Source of the DNA: an uncultured Blautia sp.
GTDB lineage: Bacteria; Bacillota; Clostridia; Lachnospirales; Lachnospiraceae
DNA length: 64,000 nt
Assembly (NCBI GenBank): GCA_934372025.1
Contig: CAKROJ010000009.1
Location: forward strand, 760 to 64,759
Direction: 5' to 3'
The notes beneath the pieces were generated by a model. The model saw only the letters and a program-made list of their open reading frames with translations, was not told the origin of the DNA and did not search any database. The position numbers were made by a program, and so were the translations under genes. Shown in pieces: positions 29,497 to 37,987 of this stretch. Within the stretch, counting starts at the first letter, position 1. Each line of letters begins with the position of its first letter.

Positions 29497-29589
29497 TCGA
29501 ATTCCTCCGTTTCTTATTTTTACTATATATTATAGTGCTGTTGGAGGAGATTTAACATAGACAAAATTGGGGAAGTGGTGAAAAGAAGG

Positions 29590-29895
29590 GGTGGGTTGTG
29601 GGGGTAGTTACGGCAGGGGCTTCAAATATATTATAATGTCGATATACGTACAGATACTGATAAACATATGGCTGGCAGACCAGAGCAACGGTCTGCTGAA
29701 CTAACTGCCAACTACGTCTACGCATTCTCTCAACAATAGTCTCGAGAATGAGACTTCGTAGGCAGTGGATTTCATCAGTACCTAAAAGCGCTCTGTAAGT
29801 GTCTGCTGCGCCTATATGTTTACAGTATCTTGTGTATTATCGATATACAGTCGAGGAAAAGAAGCCCCTGCCTGTTTACCGACCCCAAACGCACT
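29590..29895 (-). repeat. Long nested hairpin repeat, copy D (about 300 nt)
   Basis: Arms are GGCAGGGGCTTC (29612-29623) and GAAGCCCCTGCC (29861-29872). The AT-rich second tier is GATACTGATAAACATAT / ATATGTTTACAGTATC. The interior holds sub-hairpins GCAGACC..GGTCTGC and CTACGCATTCTC..GAGAATG..CGTAG. The reverse complement ends ACAGGCAGG...CCTGCCGTAAC, like the 55-kb copies. Confidence 0.8.
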
Positions 29896-29952
29896 GAGCG
29901 AAGAAGTACGTCGCGTGGGCGATGTATCCGCGACAGCAACTTGTGGCGTGTG

Positions 29953-30009
29953 AAAATAATCTGCATTTGTGGGGATCCGCGGATGTAGTCATTTATTTGG
30001 CACAAATTC
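29953..30009 (-). repeat. Single 52-53-bp short-unit repeat (reverse orientation)
   Basis: AAAATAATCTGCA..CGCGGATGTAGTCATTTATT..CACAAATTC is the reverse complement of the GAATTTGTG..GACTACATCC..TGCAGATTATTTT unit type of the 54.8-kb array. Confidence 0.75.
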
Positions 30010-30062
30010 AAGAATGCCTCGGCATTCTTGCTGCGAGATGCGCGTCATGCAATGCATGACAT
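30010..30062 (+). repeat. 53-bp double-palindrome module (copy 1 of 2)
   Basis: AAGAATGCCTCGGCATTCTTGCTGCGAGATGCGCGTCATGCAATGCATGACAT. Its exact reverse complement occurs at 51811-51863. Confidence 0.9.
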
Positions 30063-30101
30063 ACTTCTTCTGCGCATCTCTGCAATCCTGCCGGAGGCTA
30101 T

Positions 30102-30183
30102 ATCAGATGGGGGATTGACTCCCACTACTGATACTGATTTATTGCTCGCAACCTACAGAGGTGGGAGTCATCTCACATCTGAT
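30102..30183. repeat. About 82-nt hairpin repeat (F type)
   Basis: ATCAGATG.GGGATTGACTCCCAC pairs with GTGGGAGTCATCTCACATCTGAT. A homologous, degraded copy lies at 32572-32642. Confidence 0.8.
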
Positions 30184-30201
30184 ATGATCTACTTTGGGCA
30201 T

Positions 30202-30303
30202 AATCGCAGATGCAGTCACTTATTCAGCGCAATTTTTAATCTGCTTTGGGAAGATTCGCGGATGTAGTCATTTATTCAACACAATTTTTAATCTGCTTTT
30301 AAG
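30202..30303 (-). repeat. Two tandem 52-bp short units (reverse orientation)
   Basis: ..CGCAGATGCAGTCACTTATTCAGCGCAATTTTTAATCTGC.. and ..CGCGGATGTAGTCATTTATTCAACACAATTTTTAATCTGC.. are offset by 52 bp. Confidence 0.8.
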
Positions 30304-30405
30304 ATTATTTCTAATGTAGATTAGATTTCTAGAAATGAGAATAAGTATAATGAAAATAAATTCAAGTGAAGCTAATAGAATAGATATTGATTATATATTT
30401 ACAGT

Positions 30406-30683
30406 ATCTTGTCTGATATTTCATACACAGACAGAATAAGCCCCATATCCAGATTAAAAACACTCGTGAGTACTGCGTGATGAGATGCAGGCTTAGCTTC
30501 CACCACCAAGCCCACTGTCTGAGCGAAGCGAGTTTGGGCGACTGGTGGATAATAAGCGCATGCATCGAGTAGCAGACGCAGCGGTGTTTTATATCCTGGA
30601 TATGGGGCTTATTATGTCGTATGTATAGATATCACATAAATACTTAATCAAATATCTTGCGTGATATTTCATACACAGACAGA
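30406..30683 (+). repeat. Long hairpin repeat, copy E (30435-30613), bracketed by 30-bp direct repeats
   Basis: Outer arms are AATAAGCCCCATATCCAG (30435-30452) and CTGGATATGGGGCTTATT (30596-30613). The loop motif CTGTCTGAGCGAAGCGAGTT is at 30515-30534. The direct repeats ATCTTG(TC/CG)TGATATTTCATACACAGACAGA are at 30406-30435 and 30654-30683. Confidence 0.88.
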
Positions 30684-30688
30684 GTTAT

Positions 30689-32479
30689 CTAGAACTTACG
30701 GAAGCGTGTATATCTGCGTTCCAGGAGTTCATCTTCGGAAAGGTTTGTATACTGCTTAAGGAATTCGCAGATCTTGTCGTTCAGGCGTTCTGCCACCTGC
30801 CACAGACTCTCCACTGTCAGATTCTCCGGTTCCGGAATCACCTGCTCAATGATTTCCTTATCATACAGATCCGCCGCAGTCAGCTGCATAACCCCCGCAG
30901 CCTCCTTCGCCCTGGCACTGTCCTTCCAGAGAATACTTGCAAATCCCTCCGGAGAAAGAATCGAGTATACTGAGTTCTCAAGCATCCAGACCTGATCCCC
31001 TGCGGCAAGCGCAAGCGCTCCGCCACTACCGCCTTCTCCTGTTACAATAGACAGAACCGGTGTCTTAAGCCCTGCAAGTTCCCAGAGATTACGAGCAATT
31101 GCTTCACCCTGTCCTCTCTCTTCTGCTTCGATACCACAGAAAGCTCCCGGAGTATCGACAAAACAAATTACCGGACGATGGAACTTCTCCGCCTGCTTCA
31201 TAAGACGAAGAGCCTTGCGGTAACCCTCCGGCATCGGCATTCCAAAGTTATGCTCGATATTTTCCTTTGTGTTGGTTCCTTTTTCCTGTACGATAACGGT
31301 GACAGGTCTGCCATGAAATTTTGCAATTCCGCCAATGATTGCCTTATCATCACCGTAGTTGCGATCTCCATGGAATTCCATAAAATCCGTAAAAAGTGCT
31401 TCTATATAATCACTGCCAGACGGACGATCAATCTTACGAGAAATCTGGACACGATCCCATGCTGTGAGATATGGATTGATACCGATGTGGTCATCATTGT
31501 TTTCTATCGTAGTCTCATCCTGACTTGCTTGGTTCTTATTTACAGATATGATGCTATCTGTTGATTCAAAGTCTCCCTTGTCGTCTCTGCCAATTTTTTC
31601 GGTCTGACTCTCAGCACCTGTATCTTCATGCATTTCCAGAATTCTTCCAAGCTTTTCTTTAAGTTCTTCTCGTCTTACGATGTCATCCACAAAACCATGT
31701 TCTACTAAAAATTCCGCTCTCTGAAATCCTTTTGGAAGCTTCTGGCGAATCGTCTGCTCGATAACACGCGGACCGGCAAAACCGATCAGTGCACCAGGCT
31801 CTGCCAAAATAATATCTCCAAGCATTGCAAAACTTGCCGTCACACCTCCGGTCGTAGGTTCGGTCAGCACGGATACGTACAGAAGCCCTGCTTTGCTGTG
31901 ACGTTCCAGTGCCGCAGAAGTTTTGGCCATCTGCATCAGAGAAGTGATTCCCTCCTGCATTCTGGCTCCGCCTGAACAGGCAAAAATAATCACTGGAAGC
32001 TTCTCCTCTGTCGCGCGCTCTACCGCTCTGGTGATTTTTTCGCCAACAGCCCAGCCCATGCTCGCCATCAGAAATCTTCCGTCGCAGACTGCAATTACAG
32101 TATCTCTTCCATTGATTTTTCCTTTTCCGGTGACTACTGCTTCTTTGAGCCCTGTTTTTTCCTGAAGTGCCTGTACTTTTTCCGGATAGCCTTTGTAATT
32201 AACAGGATTTCCGCCAACCAACTCATGATCCCATTCTTCAAAGCTTCCTTCGTCAATCACCATCTGGATTCTGCGGTATGCATGCACGCGGAAGTATCCT
32301 CCACATTTCGGACAGATATAATATCCCTGTTTTACATCTTCTGTAATAATAGCAGCCCCACACTTATTGCATTTACGCAAAAGTCCTTCCGGGACTTCCG
32401 GTCTGGAAGCACGAGCCGTATTATGACTCTGTATTCTGGAAATAATCCTTGTCTTTTTGAACATGTTATCCAACTTCAT
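30689..32479 (-). CDS. accD/accA: Acetyl-CoA carboxylase carboxyltransferase, fused beta (AccD) and alpha (AccA) subunits
   Basis: ORF 30689..32485. The ATG at 32479 lies about 10 nt after AGGAG. The N-terminal half has the AccD zinc ribbon CNKCGAAI..CPKCGGYFR and GGARMQEG. An acidic, low-complexity linker of about 60 aa follows. The C-terminal half is AccA-like (RP..DYI..F..HGDR.., FVDTPGA..G..AEERGQ). Confidence 0.9.
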   Translation of the reverse strand: MKLDNMFKKTRIISRIQSHNTARASRPEVPEGLLRKCNKCGAAIITEDVKQGYYICPKCGGYFRVHAYRRIQMVIDEGSFEEWDHELVGGNPVNYKGYPEKVQALQEKTGLKEAVVTGKGKINGRDTVIAVCDGRFLMASMGWAVGEKITRAVERATEEKLPVIIFACSGGARMQEGITSLMQMAKTSAALERHSKAGLLYVSVLTEPTTGGVTASFAMLGDIILAEPGALIGFAGPRVIEQTIRQKLPKGFQRAEFLVEHGFVDDIVRREELKEKLGRILEMHEDTGAESQTEKIGRDDKGDFESTDSIISVNKNQASQDETTIENNDDHIGINPYLTAWDRVQISRKIDRPSGSDYIEALFTDFMEFHGDRNYGDDKAIIGGIAKFHGRPVTVIVQEKGTNTKENIEHNFGMPMPEGYRKALRLMKQAEKFHRPVICFVDTPGAFCGIEAEERGQGEAIARNLWELAGLKTPVLSIVTGEGGSGGALALAAGDQVWMLENSVYSILSPEGFASILWKDSARAKEAAGVMQLTAADLYDKEIIEQVIPEPENLTVESLWQVAERLNDKICEFLKQYTNLSEDELLERRYTRFRKF

Positions 32480-32571
32480 GATCACTAACTCCTGTCAATA
32501 CCAATACTGTACGTATCCAAATTCTCGGACACCTGCCTGTTATTTTTAACCCACTCTCTTCTCTGATTCAA

Positions 32572-32642
32572 GATTGACACCCACCACTGATACTGATTTT
32601 TTGCTCGCCACCTACTGAGATGGGTCATCTCACATCTGATAT
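32572..32642. repeat. Degraded copy of the F-type hairpin repeat inside the fab/acc operon
   Basis: GATTGACACCCACCACTGATACTGATTTTTTGCTCGCCACCTACTGAGATGGGTCATCTCACATCTGATAT aligns with 30113-30185 with about 10 mismatches by eye. It abuts the accC stop codon. Confidence 0.8.
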
Positions 32643-34006
32643 CAGTTTCTATACGTTGACTTCGTATCTGCTTCCATGCGTTCAATAAATTCCACATCTG
32701 TATTTCCGGACTGGAAATCAGGATGCTCCAGAATCTCATACTGATAATCCACATTGGTGTCAATTCCCTCAATGATCACCTCACCAAGGGCACTCTGCAT
32801 CTTGCGGATCGCCTCTGTACGATTTTTCGCCCACACGATCACTTTAGCAATCATTGAATCGTAATACGGTGGAATCGTATAGCCACTATACACAGCAGAA
32901 TCAATACGAATTCCTTTTCCTCCCGGAAAATACATATCCGTAATTGTTCCCGGTGAAGGCCGGAAGCCTTTAGCCGGATTTTCTGCATTGATCCTGCATT
33001 CGATCGCATGACCTGTCAGATGAATCTCTTCCTGTTTGCAGGAAAGCGGAAGCCCGGATGCAATACGGATCTGTTCTTTGACAAGATCTACACCTGTTAC
33101 CCATTCTGTCACCGGATGCTCAACCTGGATTCGAGTATTCATTTCCATAAAATAAAATCTGCCTTCTTTATCAAGAAGGAACTCTATCGTTCCGGCATTT
33201 TCATATCCTGCTGCCTTTGCTGCTCTGACCGCAGCTTCTCCCATTTTTTCACGAAGTTCATCAGAAATCACTTCACATGGAGATTCCTCTATCATCTTCT
33301 GATGATTTCGCTGGATAGAACAGTCACGTTCACCTAAATGAATAACATTTCCAAATTTATCTGCCATAATCTGGAACTCAATGTGTCTCGGATGACGCAC
33401 AAAATGCTCCACATACATCGTAGAATCTCCAAATGCCATCTGCGTTTCCTTCTGAGCAGTACGGAAACTTTCTTCAAAATCTTCCGGAGTATCTGCAACG
33501 CGCATGCCTTTACCGCCTCCGCCAAGAGCAGCCTTAATGATAACTGGATAACCAATTGTTTCTGCTTCTTTCATTCCTTCTTCTACTGTGTAGATTGGAT
33601 TTTTGCCGCCTGGAATGATCGGAACACCGGCATTTGCCATTGTATTTTTGGCTGCCTGTTTATTTCCAAGACTCGCAATTACACTGGATGGAGGTCCGAT
33701 AAATGTAATGTTGCACTGCTCACAAAGTTCTGCAAAACGACTGTTTTCAGAAAGAAAACCAAAGCCCGGATGAATCGCATCGGCGCCTGTAACAATCGTT
33801 GCACTGATGATATTTTCCATGCTGAGATAGCTCTGGGATGACGGTGCCGGTCCGATGCAGACTGCCTCATCTGCAAGCTGTGTATGAAGAGCATCCCTGT
33901 CTGCCTCTGAATAAACAGCCACTGTCTCTATTCCCATTTCTCTGCATGCACGGATAATCCGCACCGCAATCTCCCCTCGATTCGCAATCAGCACTTTTTT
34001 TATCAT
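32642..34006 (-). CDS. accC: Acetyl-CoA carboxylase, biotin carboxylase subunit
   Basis: 454 aa. KVLIANRGEIAVRIIRAC.. and the ATP-grasp motifs are canonical AccC. Confidence 0.96.
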   Translation of the reverse strand: MIKKVLIANRGEIAVRIIRACREMGIETVAVYSEADRDALHTQLADEAVCIGPAPSSQSYLSMENIISATIVTGADAIHPGFGFLSENSRFAELCEQCNITFIGPPSSVIASLGNKQAAKNTMANAGVPIIPGGKNPIYTVEEGMKEAETIGYPVIIKAALGGGGKGMRVADTPEDFEESFRTAQKETQMAFGDSTMYVEHFVRHPRHIEFQIMADKFGNVIHLGERDCSIQRNHQKMIEESPCEVISDELREKMGEAAVRAAKAAGYENAGTIEFLLDKEGRFYFMEMNTRIQVEHPVTEWVTGVDLVKEQIRIASGLPLSCKQEEIHLTGHAIECRINAENPAKGFRPSPGTITDMYFPGGKGIRIDSAVYSGYTIPPYYDSMIAKVIVWAKNRTEAIRKMQSALGEVIIEGIDTNVDYQYEILEHPDFQSGNTDVEFIERMEADTKSTYRN

Positions 34007-34016
34007 AGTGTTTCAC

Positions 34017-34445
34017 CTATCCAATCATAAAAGTCAGTTCTGCATCAACTACTACTTTGCCGTCAACACTTGCAACAGCATGTCCGACGCCAACCGGTCC
34101 CTTGCATTTAATGATCGTTGTTTCCAGACGAAGCTTATCTCCCGGAACAACTTTCCCACGAAATCTACAATTCTTGATTCCGCCGAAATATGCAATCTTA
34201 CCCTTATTTTCTTCCAGACTTAAAATTGCCACCGCACCAGTCTGCGCAAGAGCTTCCACCATCAGAACACCCGGCATTACCGGTTCCTGTGGGAAATGTC
34301 CCTTAAAAAAATCCTCACGGAAAGTCACACATTTATAGCCGACTGCAAACTTACCTGGCTCATAATCCTCAATATAATCCACCAGAAGAAATGGATGTCT
34401 GTGAGGAAGAATCTGCTCAATTTCTTTTACACCTAATCTGTTCAT
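34017..34445 (-). CDS. fabZ: 3-hydroxyacyl-ACP dehydratase
   Basis: ORF 34017..34520. ILPHRHPFLLVD..GHFP..PVMPGVL..EA.AQ is canonical FabZ. The ATG at 34445 lies 6 nt after GGGAGT. Confidence 0.92.
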   Translation of the reverse strand: MNRLGVKEIEQILPHRHPFLLVDYIEDYEPGKFAVGYKCVTFREDFFKGHFPQEPVMPGVLMVEALAQTGAVAILSLEENKGKIAYFGGIKNCRFRGKVVPGDKLRLETTIIKCKGPVGVGHAVASVDGKVVVDAELTFMIG

Positions 34446-34543
34446 AATCATACTCCCATTTATAACTGACAATTCCATGTTATCCACAGGAATTTCTCTG
34501 TTACCATAAATTGTCCACAATCTTCAGGCTTGTCCACCGCTTT

Positions 34544-35011
34544 TTATACAATCCGGAATAACGGCTGTCCATACTCTACTGCCTGTCCGTTTTCTACATA
34601 GATTTCTGCAACCTTGCCTTCAAATTCACTCTCGATCTCATTCATCAGTTTCATTGCTTCAACGATAGCAAGTGTCTGGTCCTTTTTGACCAGATCCCCA
34701 ACTGACACGAACGGAGCCGCATCCTCTGCAGGTGCTGTATAAAAAGTTCCTACCAGAGGAGATTTTACGATCATACCCTCTGGTTCACTGTTGTCAGCCT
34801 GAGCATTCGTTGTGTTCACTACAGCTGCATTCCCAACTGTCTGAATCTCATCAAGTCCCATAACCGGTACATCAGAAGATTTCCCTGAAACTATTACTGT
34901 TTCTTTTTTCTTCTTCAGTCGAATACGGGTACCATTTTCTTCATAATCAAAATCTGTCAGTTCAGAATCTGATACTGTTTTTATTAATGTAAGAAGATTT
35001 TCAAATTCCAT
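34544..35011 (-). CDS. accB: Acetyl-CoA carboxylase biotin carboxyl carrier protein
   Basis: ORF 34544..35020. Has the EAMKLMNEI biotinylation motif. The ATG at 35011 is the likely start. Confidence 0.92.
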   Translation of the reverse strand: MEFENLLTLIKTVSDSELTDFDYEENGTRIRLKKKKETVIVSGKSSDVPVMGLDEIQTVGNAAVVNTTNAQADNSEPEGMIVKSPLVGTFYTAPAEDAAPFVSVGDLVKKDQTLAIVEAMKLMNEIESEFEGKVAEIYVENGQAVEYGQPLFRIV

Positions 35012-35016
35012 AATTA

Positions 35017-36258
35017 TCAACCCTCATATTTCTTTACAAGAAGTGTTGCGTTGTGTCCGCCAAATCCAAGAGAATTGCTCATTGCATAATGAATCTCTTT
35101 TTCTACCGGAGCACCAATCGCATAGTTCAGATCACACTCTTCGTCCGGATCTGTCGTTCCAACTGTCTGATGGATAAATCCTTCTTCCAGAGATTTAACG
35201 CAGGTCACAAATTCCACTCCACCGGCTGCACCAAGAAGATGTCCGATCATGGATTTTGTTGAGTTCACAACCAGGTCTTTTGCCGCATCACCAAATGCCT
35301 TGTGAATTGCTCTGGTCTCAAACAGATCATTGTGATGTGTGCTTGTTCCATGCGCGTTGATATATTCTACCTCAGACGGCTGAACACCTGCTTCTTCCAT
35401 TGCAAGCTCCATTGCTCTGGCAGCACCTGCTCCGTCTTCTGCCGGAGAAGTGATGTGGAAAGCATCCGCTGTTGCACCATAACCAACCAGCTCGGCATAG
35501 ATCCTTGCACCTCTTGCCTTTGCATGCTCCAGTTCCTCAAGAACTACGATTCCGGCACCTTCGCCAAGAACAAAACCGCTTCTCTCTTTATCAAAAGGAA
35601 TGGATGCTCTTGCAGCATCTTCGGTCTTGGTCAGTGCGGTAAGTGCGGTAAAGCCAGCTACTCCTGTCGGACAGATGCAGCTTTCGGTTCCACCTGCAAG
35701 CATAACCTCAGCGTCACCATACTGAATTGCACGGAATGCATCACCGATGCTGTGTGTTCCGGATGCACAGGCTGTCACAACATCTGTACATTTGCCGCGA
35801 AGTCCCAGCTGAATAGAAATATTTCCTGCAGCCATGTTGGAGATCATCATCGGAACCATCAGTGGATTTACTTTTCCAGGTCCTTTGGTGAGGATCTTTT
35901 CATAGTTGTTTTCTACCTGCGGAAGACTTCCGATACCGGAACCAACAATAACACCCACACGGAAAGAATCTTCTTTTTCCATATCAAGGCCAGCATCCTC
36001 AAAAGCTTCTTTTGCTGCTGTCACAGCATACTGGCAGAACGGATCCATACGTCTTGCGGCTCTCGGATCCATATGGTCTTTTGCATTAAAATCCTTAACC
36101 TCTGCAGCAATCTTTACCTTATAATCTGTCGTGTCGAATTTTGTGATCGGTCCGATGCCGACTTTTCCTTCACGGATTCCTGCCCAGAAATCCTCAACGT
36201 TATTTCCAATAGGAGTAACGGCGCCAAGTCCGGTTACAACTACTCTTCTCTTACTCAT
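35017..36258 (-). CDS. fabF: 3-oxoacyl-ACP synthase II
   Basis: 413 aa. Active-site ACASG, and the HGTST and GHLLGAAG motifs. Confidence 0.95.
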   Translation of the reverse strand: MSKRRVVVTGLGAVTPIGNNVEDFWAGIREGKVGIGPITKFDTTDYKVKIAAEVKDFNAKDHMDPRAARRMDPFCQYAVTAAKEAFEDAGLDMEKEDSFRVGVIVGSGIGSLPQVENNYEKILTKGPGKVNPLMVPMMISNMAAGNISIQLGLRGKCTDVVTACASGTHSIGDAFRAIQYGDAEVMLAGGTESCICPTGVAGFTALTALTKTEDAARASIPFDKERSGFVLGEGAGIVVLEELEHAKARGARIYAELVGYGATADAFHITSPAEDGAGAARAMELAMEEAGVQPSEVEYINAHGTSTHHNDLFETRAIHKAFGDAAKDLVVNSTKSMIGHLLGAAGGVEFVTCVKSLEEGFIHQTVGTTDPDEECDLNYAIGAPVEKEIHYAMSNSLGFGGHNATLLVKKYEG

Positions 36259-37004
36259 ATGACCATTCCTCCATCAACCTGAATCACCTGTCCGGTAATG
36301 TATGCTGCATCGTCAGATGCCAGAAAAGCTACTGCTTTGGCAATGTCCTCCGGTCTGCCAAAATGTCCCAGCGGAATCTGTGCCGCAGATGCTTTTTTTA
36401 CTTCTTCTGATAAAACTGCAGTCATCTCTGTCTCAATAAATCCCGGAGCAACTGCATTAACTGTAATACCTCGAGATGCAAGCTCTCTTGCCGCACTTTT
36501 GGTCATACCAATAATCCCTGCTTTGGATGCCGCATAATTTGCCTGTCCGGCATTTCCTGCGATCCCCACAACAGATGCCATGCTGATCATGCGTCCTGAA
36601 CGCTGACGGAGCATCTGTCTGGAAACAAAACGCATCATGTTGAAAGTTCCCTTGAGGTTGACATCGATCACCTGATTAAAATCTTCTTCGGACATTCCCA
36701 TCAGAAGTCCGTCTTTTGTAATTCCGGCATTGTTTACCAGAATATCAATACTTCCATGAGTTTTTACGATGTCCTTTACGGCACTTTCGCAGGCCTTGTA
36801 ATCCGCAACATTCCACTGTCTGATCTCAGCCTCGCCGCCTTTTTCCTCAATTTCTTTCTGCACTTCCCGTGCCCGTTCCTCAGAACCGTTATAATTGATT
36901 ACAACTGCTGCACCTCTGGAAGCAAGCTCCAGGGCAATGGCTCTTCCGATTCCTCTGGAAGCACCTGTTACAACAGCAACTTTCTTTTTATTCTGCTCTG
37001 CCAC
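36255..37004 (-). CDS. fabG: 3-oxoacyl-ACP reductase
   Basis: 249 aa [15 protein letters not shown] and YAASKAG motifs. Confidence 0.95.
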   Translation of the reverse strand: MAEQNKKKVAVVTGASRGIGRAIALELASRGAAVVINYNGSEERAREVQKEIEEKGGEAEIRQWNVADYKACESAVKDIVKTHGSIDILVNNAGITKDGLLMGMSEEDFNQVIDVNLKGTFNMMRFVSRQMLRQRSGRMISMASVVGIAGNAGQANYAASKAGIIGMTKSAARELASRGITVNAVAPGFIETEMTAVLSEEVKKASAAQIPLGHFGRPEDIAKAVAFLASDDAAYITGQVIQVDGGMVI

Positions 37005-37066
37005 TTATTTCTCTCCTCTCGGCATCTGCTGTGACCAGATGTACCTTTATCCGGTCTTATCAAATT

Positions 37067-37987
37067 TTATTTCAATTCCTCACACACCTGAACTGCTTCT
37101 TCCCAGCTGCCGATGTGATAAGCTTTTACATTTTTATCGATCTTACGAAGGAAACCTGTCAGGGTTTTGCCCGGTCCGATCTCAACGAAGGTGTCCACGC
37201 CTTCACGGATCATGGTCTCTACACTCTGCTGCCAGCGGACAGATCCACTGACCTGATCCACCAGAAGTCCTTCGATTCTTCCACAATCTGTGATCACTTC
37301 TGCGTTAATGTTCGCCACATATGGAATTTTCAGAGGGTTCATGCTGATTCCAGCAAAAACCTTTGCCAGCTCTTCTCCTGCAGGTCTCATCATCGGTGAA
37401 TGGAATGGTCCGCTCACCTTAAGTGGAAGTACTCTTCTTGCTCCTGCTTCTTTCAGTGCAGTTCCTGCCTCAGCAACCGCTGCTGCCTCACCGGTGATAA
37501 CGATCTGTCCCGGACAGTTGTAGTTTGCAATAGAAACGCCCTCTCTGCCATTTAAAACATCCTCAATCACCGCCGCATCCATTCCAAGCACTGCAGACAT
37601 TGCGCCACTTCCTTCCGGTGCCGCATGCTCCATAAAAATCCCTCTGGAACGCACTGTGCGGATCGCATCCAGATCACACATACCGCCAGCAACAGCGATC
37701 GCGCAGTATTCGCCAAGGCTTAAACCTGCTGTCATGTCTGCATGAAGTCCCATGGATTCAACCGCTCTTGTCATTGCCAGACAGGCGGTCACCATTGCAA
37801 CCTGTGTATATTCTGTTTTGTCCAGAAGATCATTTTCTTCAAAACAAAGCTTCTTAAGGTCAAGGCTCACTGTCTCAGATGCCTGATCAAATACTGTCCT
37901 GGATAAAGGACTTTTTTCATAAAAGTCTTTTCCCATTCCAACTGCCTGTGCACCCTGTCCCGGATAAATAAAAGCAATCTTACTCAT
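37067..37987 (-). CDS. fabD: Malonyl CoA-ACP transacylase
   Basis: ORF 37067..37993. FIYPGQGAQ and GLSLGEY motifs. The ATG at 37987 follows GGAG. Confidence 0.94.
   Translation of the reverse strand: MSKIAFIYPGQGAQAVGMGKDFYEKSPLSRTVFDQASETVSLDLKKLCFEENDLLDKTEYTQVAMVTACLAMTRAVESMGLHADMTAGLSLGEYCAIAVAGGMCDLDAIRTVRSRGIFMEHAAPEGSGAMSAVLGMDAAVIEDVLNGREGVSIANYNCPGQIVITGEAAAVAEAGTALKEAGARRVLPLKVSGPFHSPMMRPAGEELAKVFAGISMNPLKIPYVANINAEVITDCGRIEGLLVDQVSGSVRWQQSVETMIREGVDTFVEIGPGKTLTGFLRKIDKNVKAYHIGSWEEAVQVCEELK

Noticed and set aside
32485-32772. 95-aa minus-strand ORF bridging accC and accD/accA.
   Set aside because: It overlaps the accC 3' end out of frame and otherwise covers the inserted repeat. 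It has no RBS or recognisable protein features.
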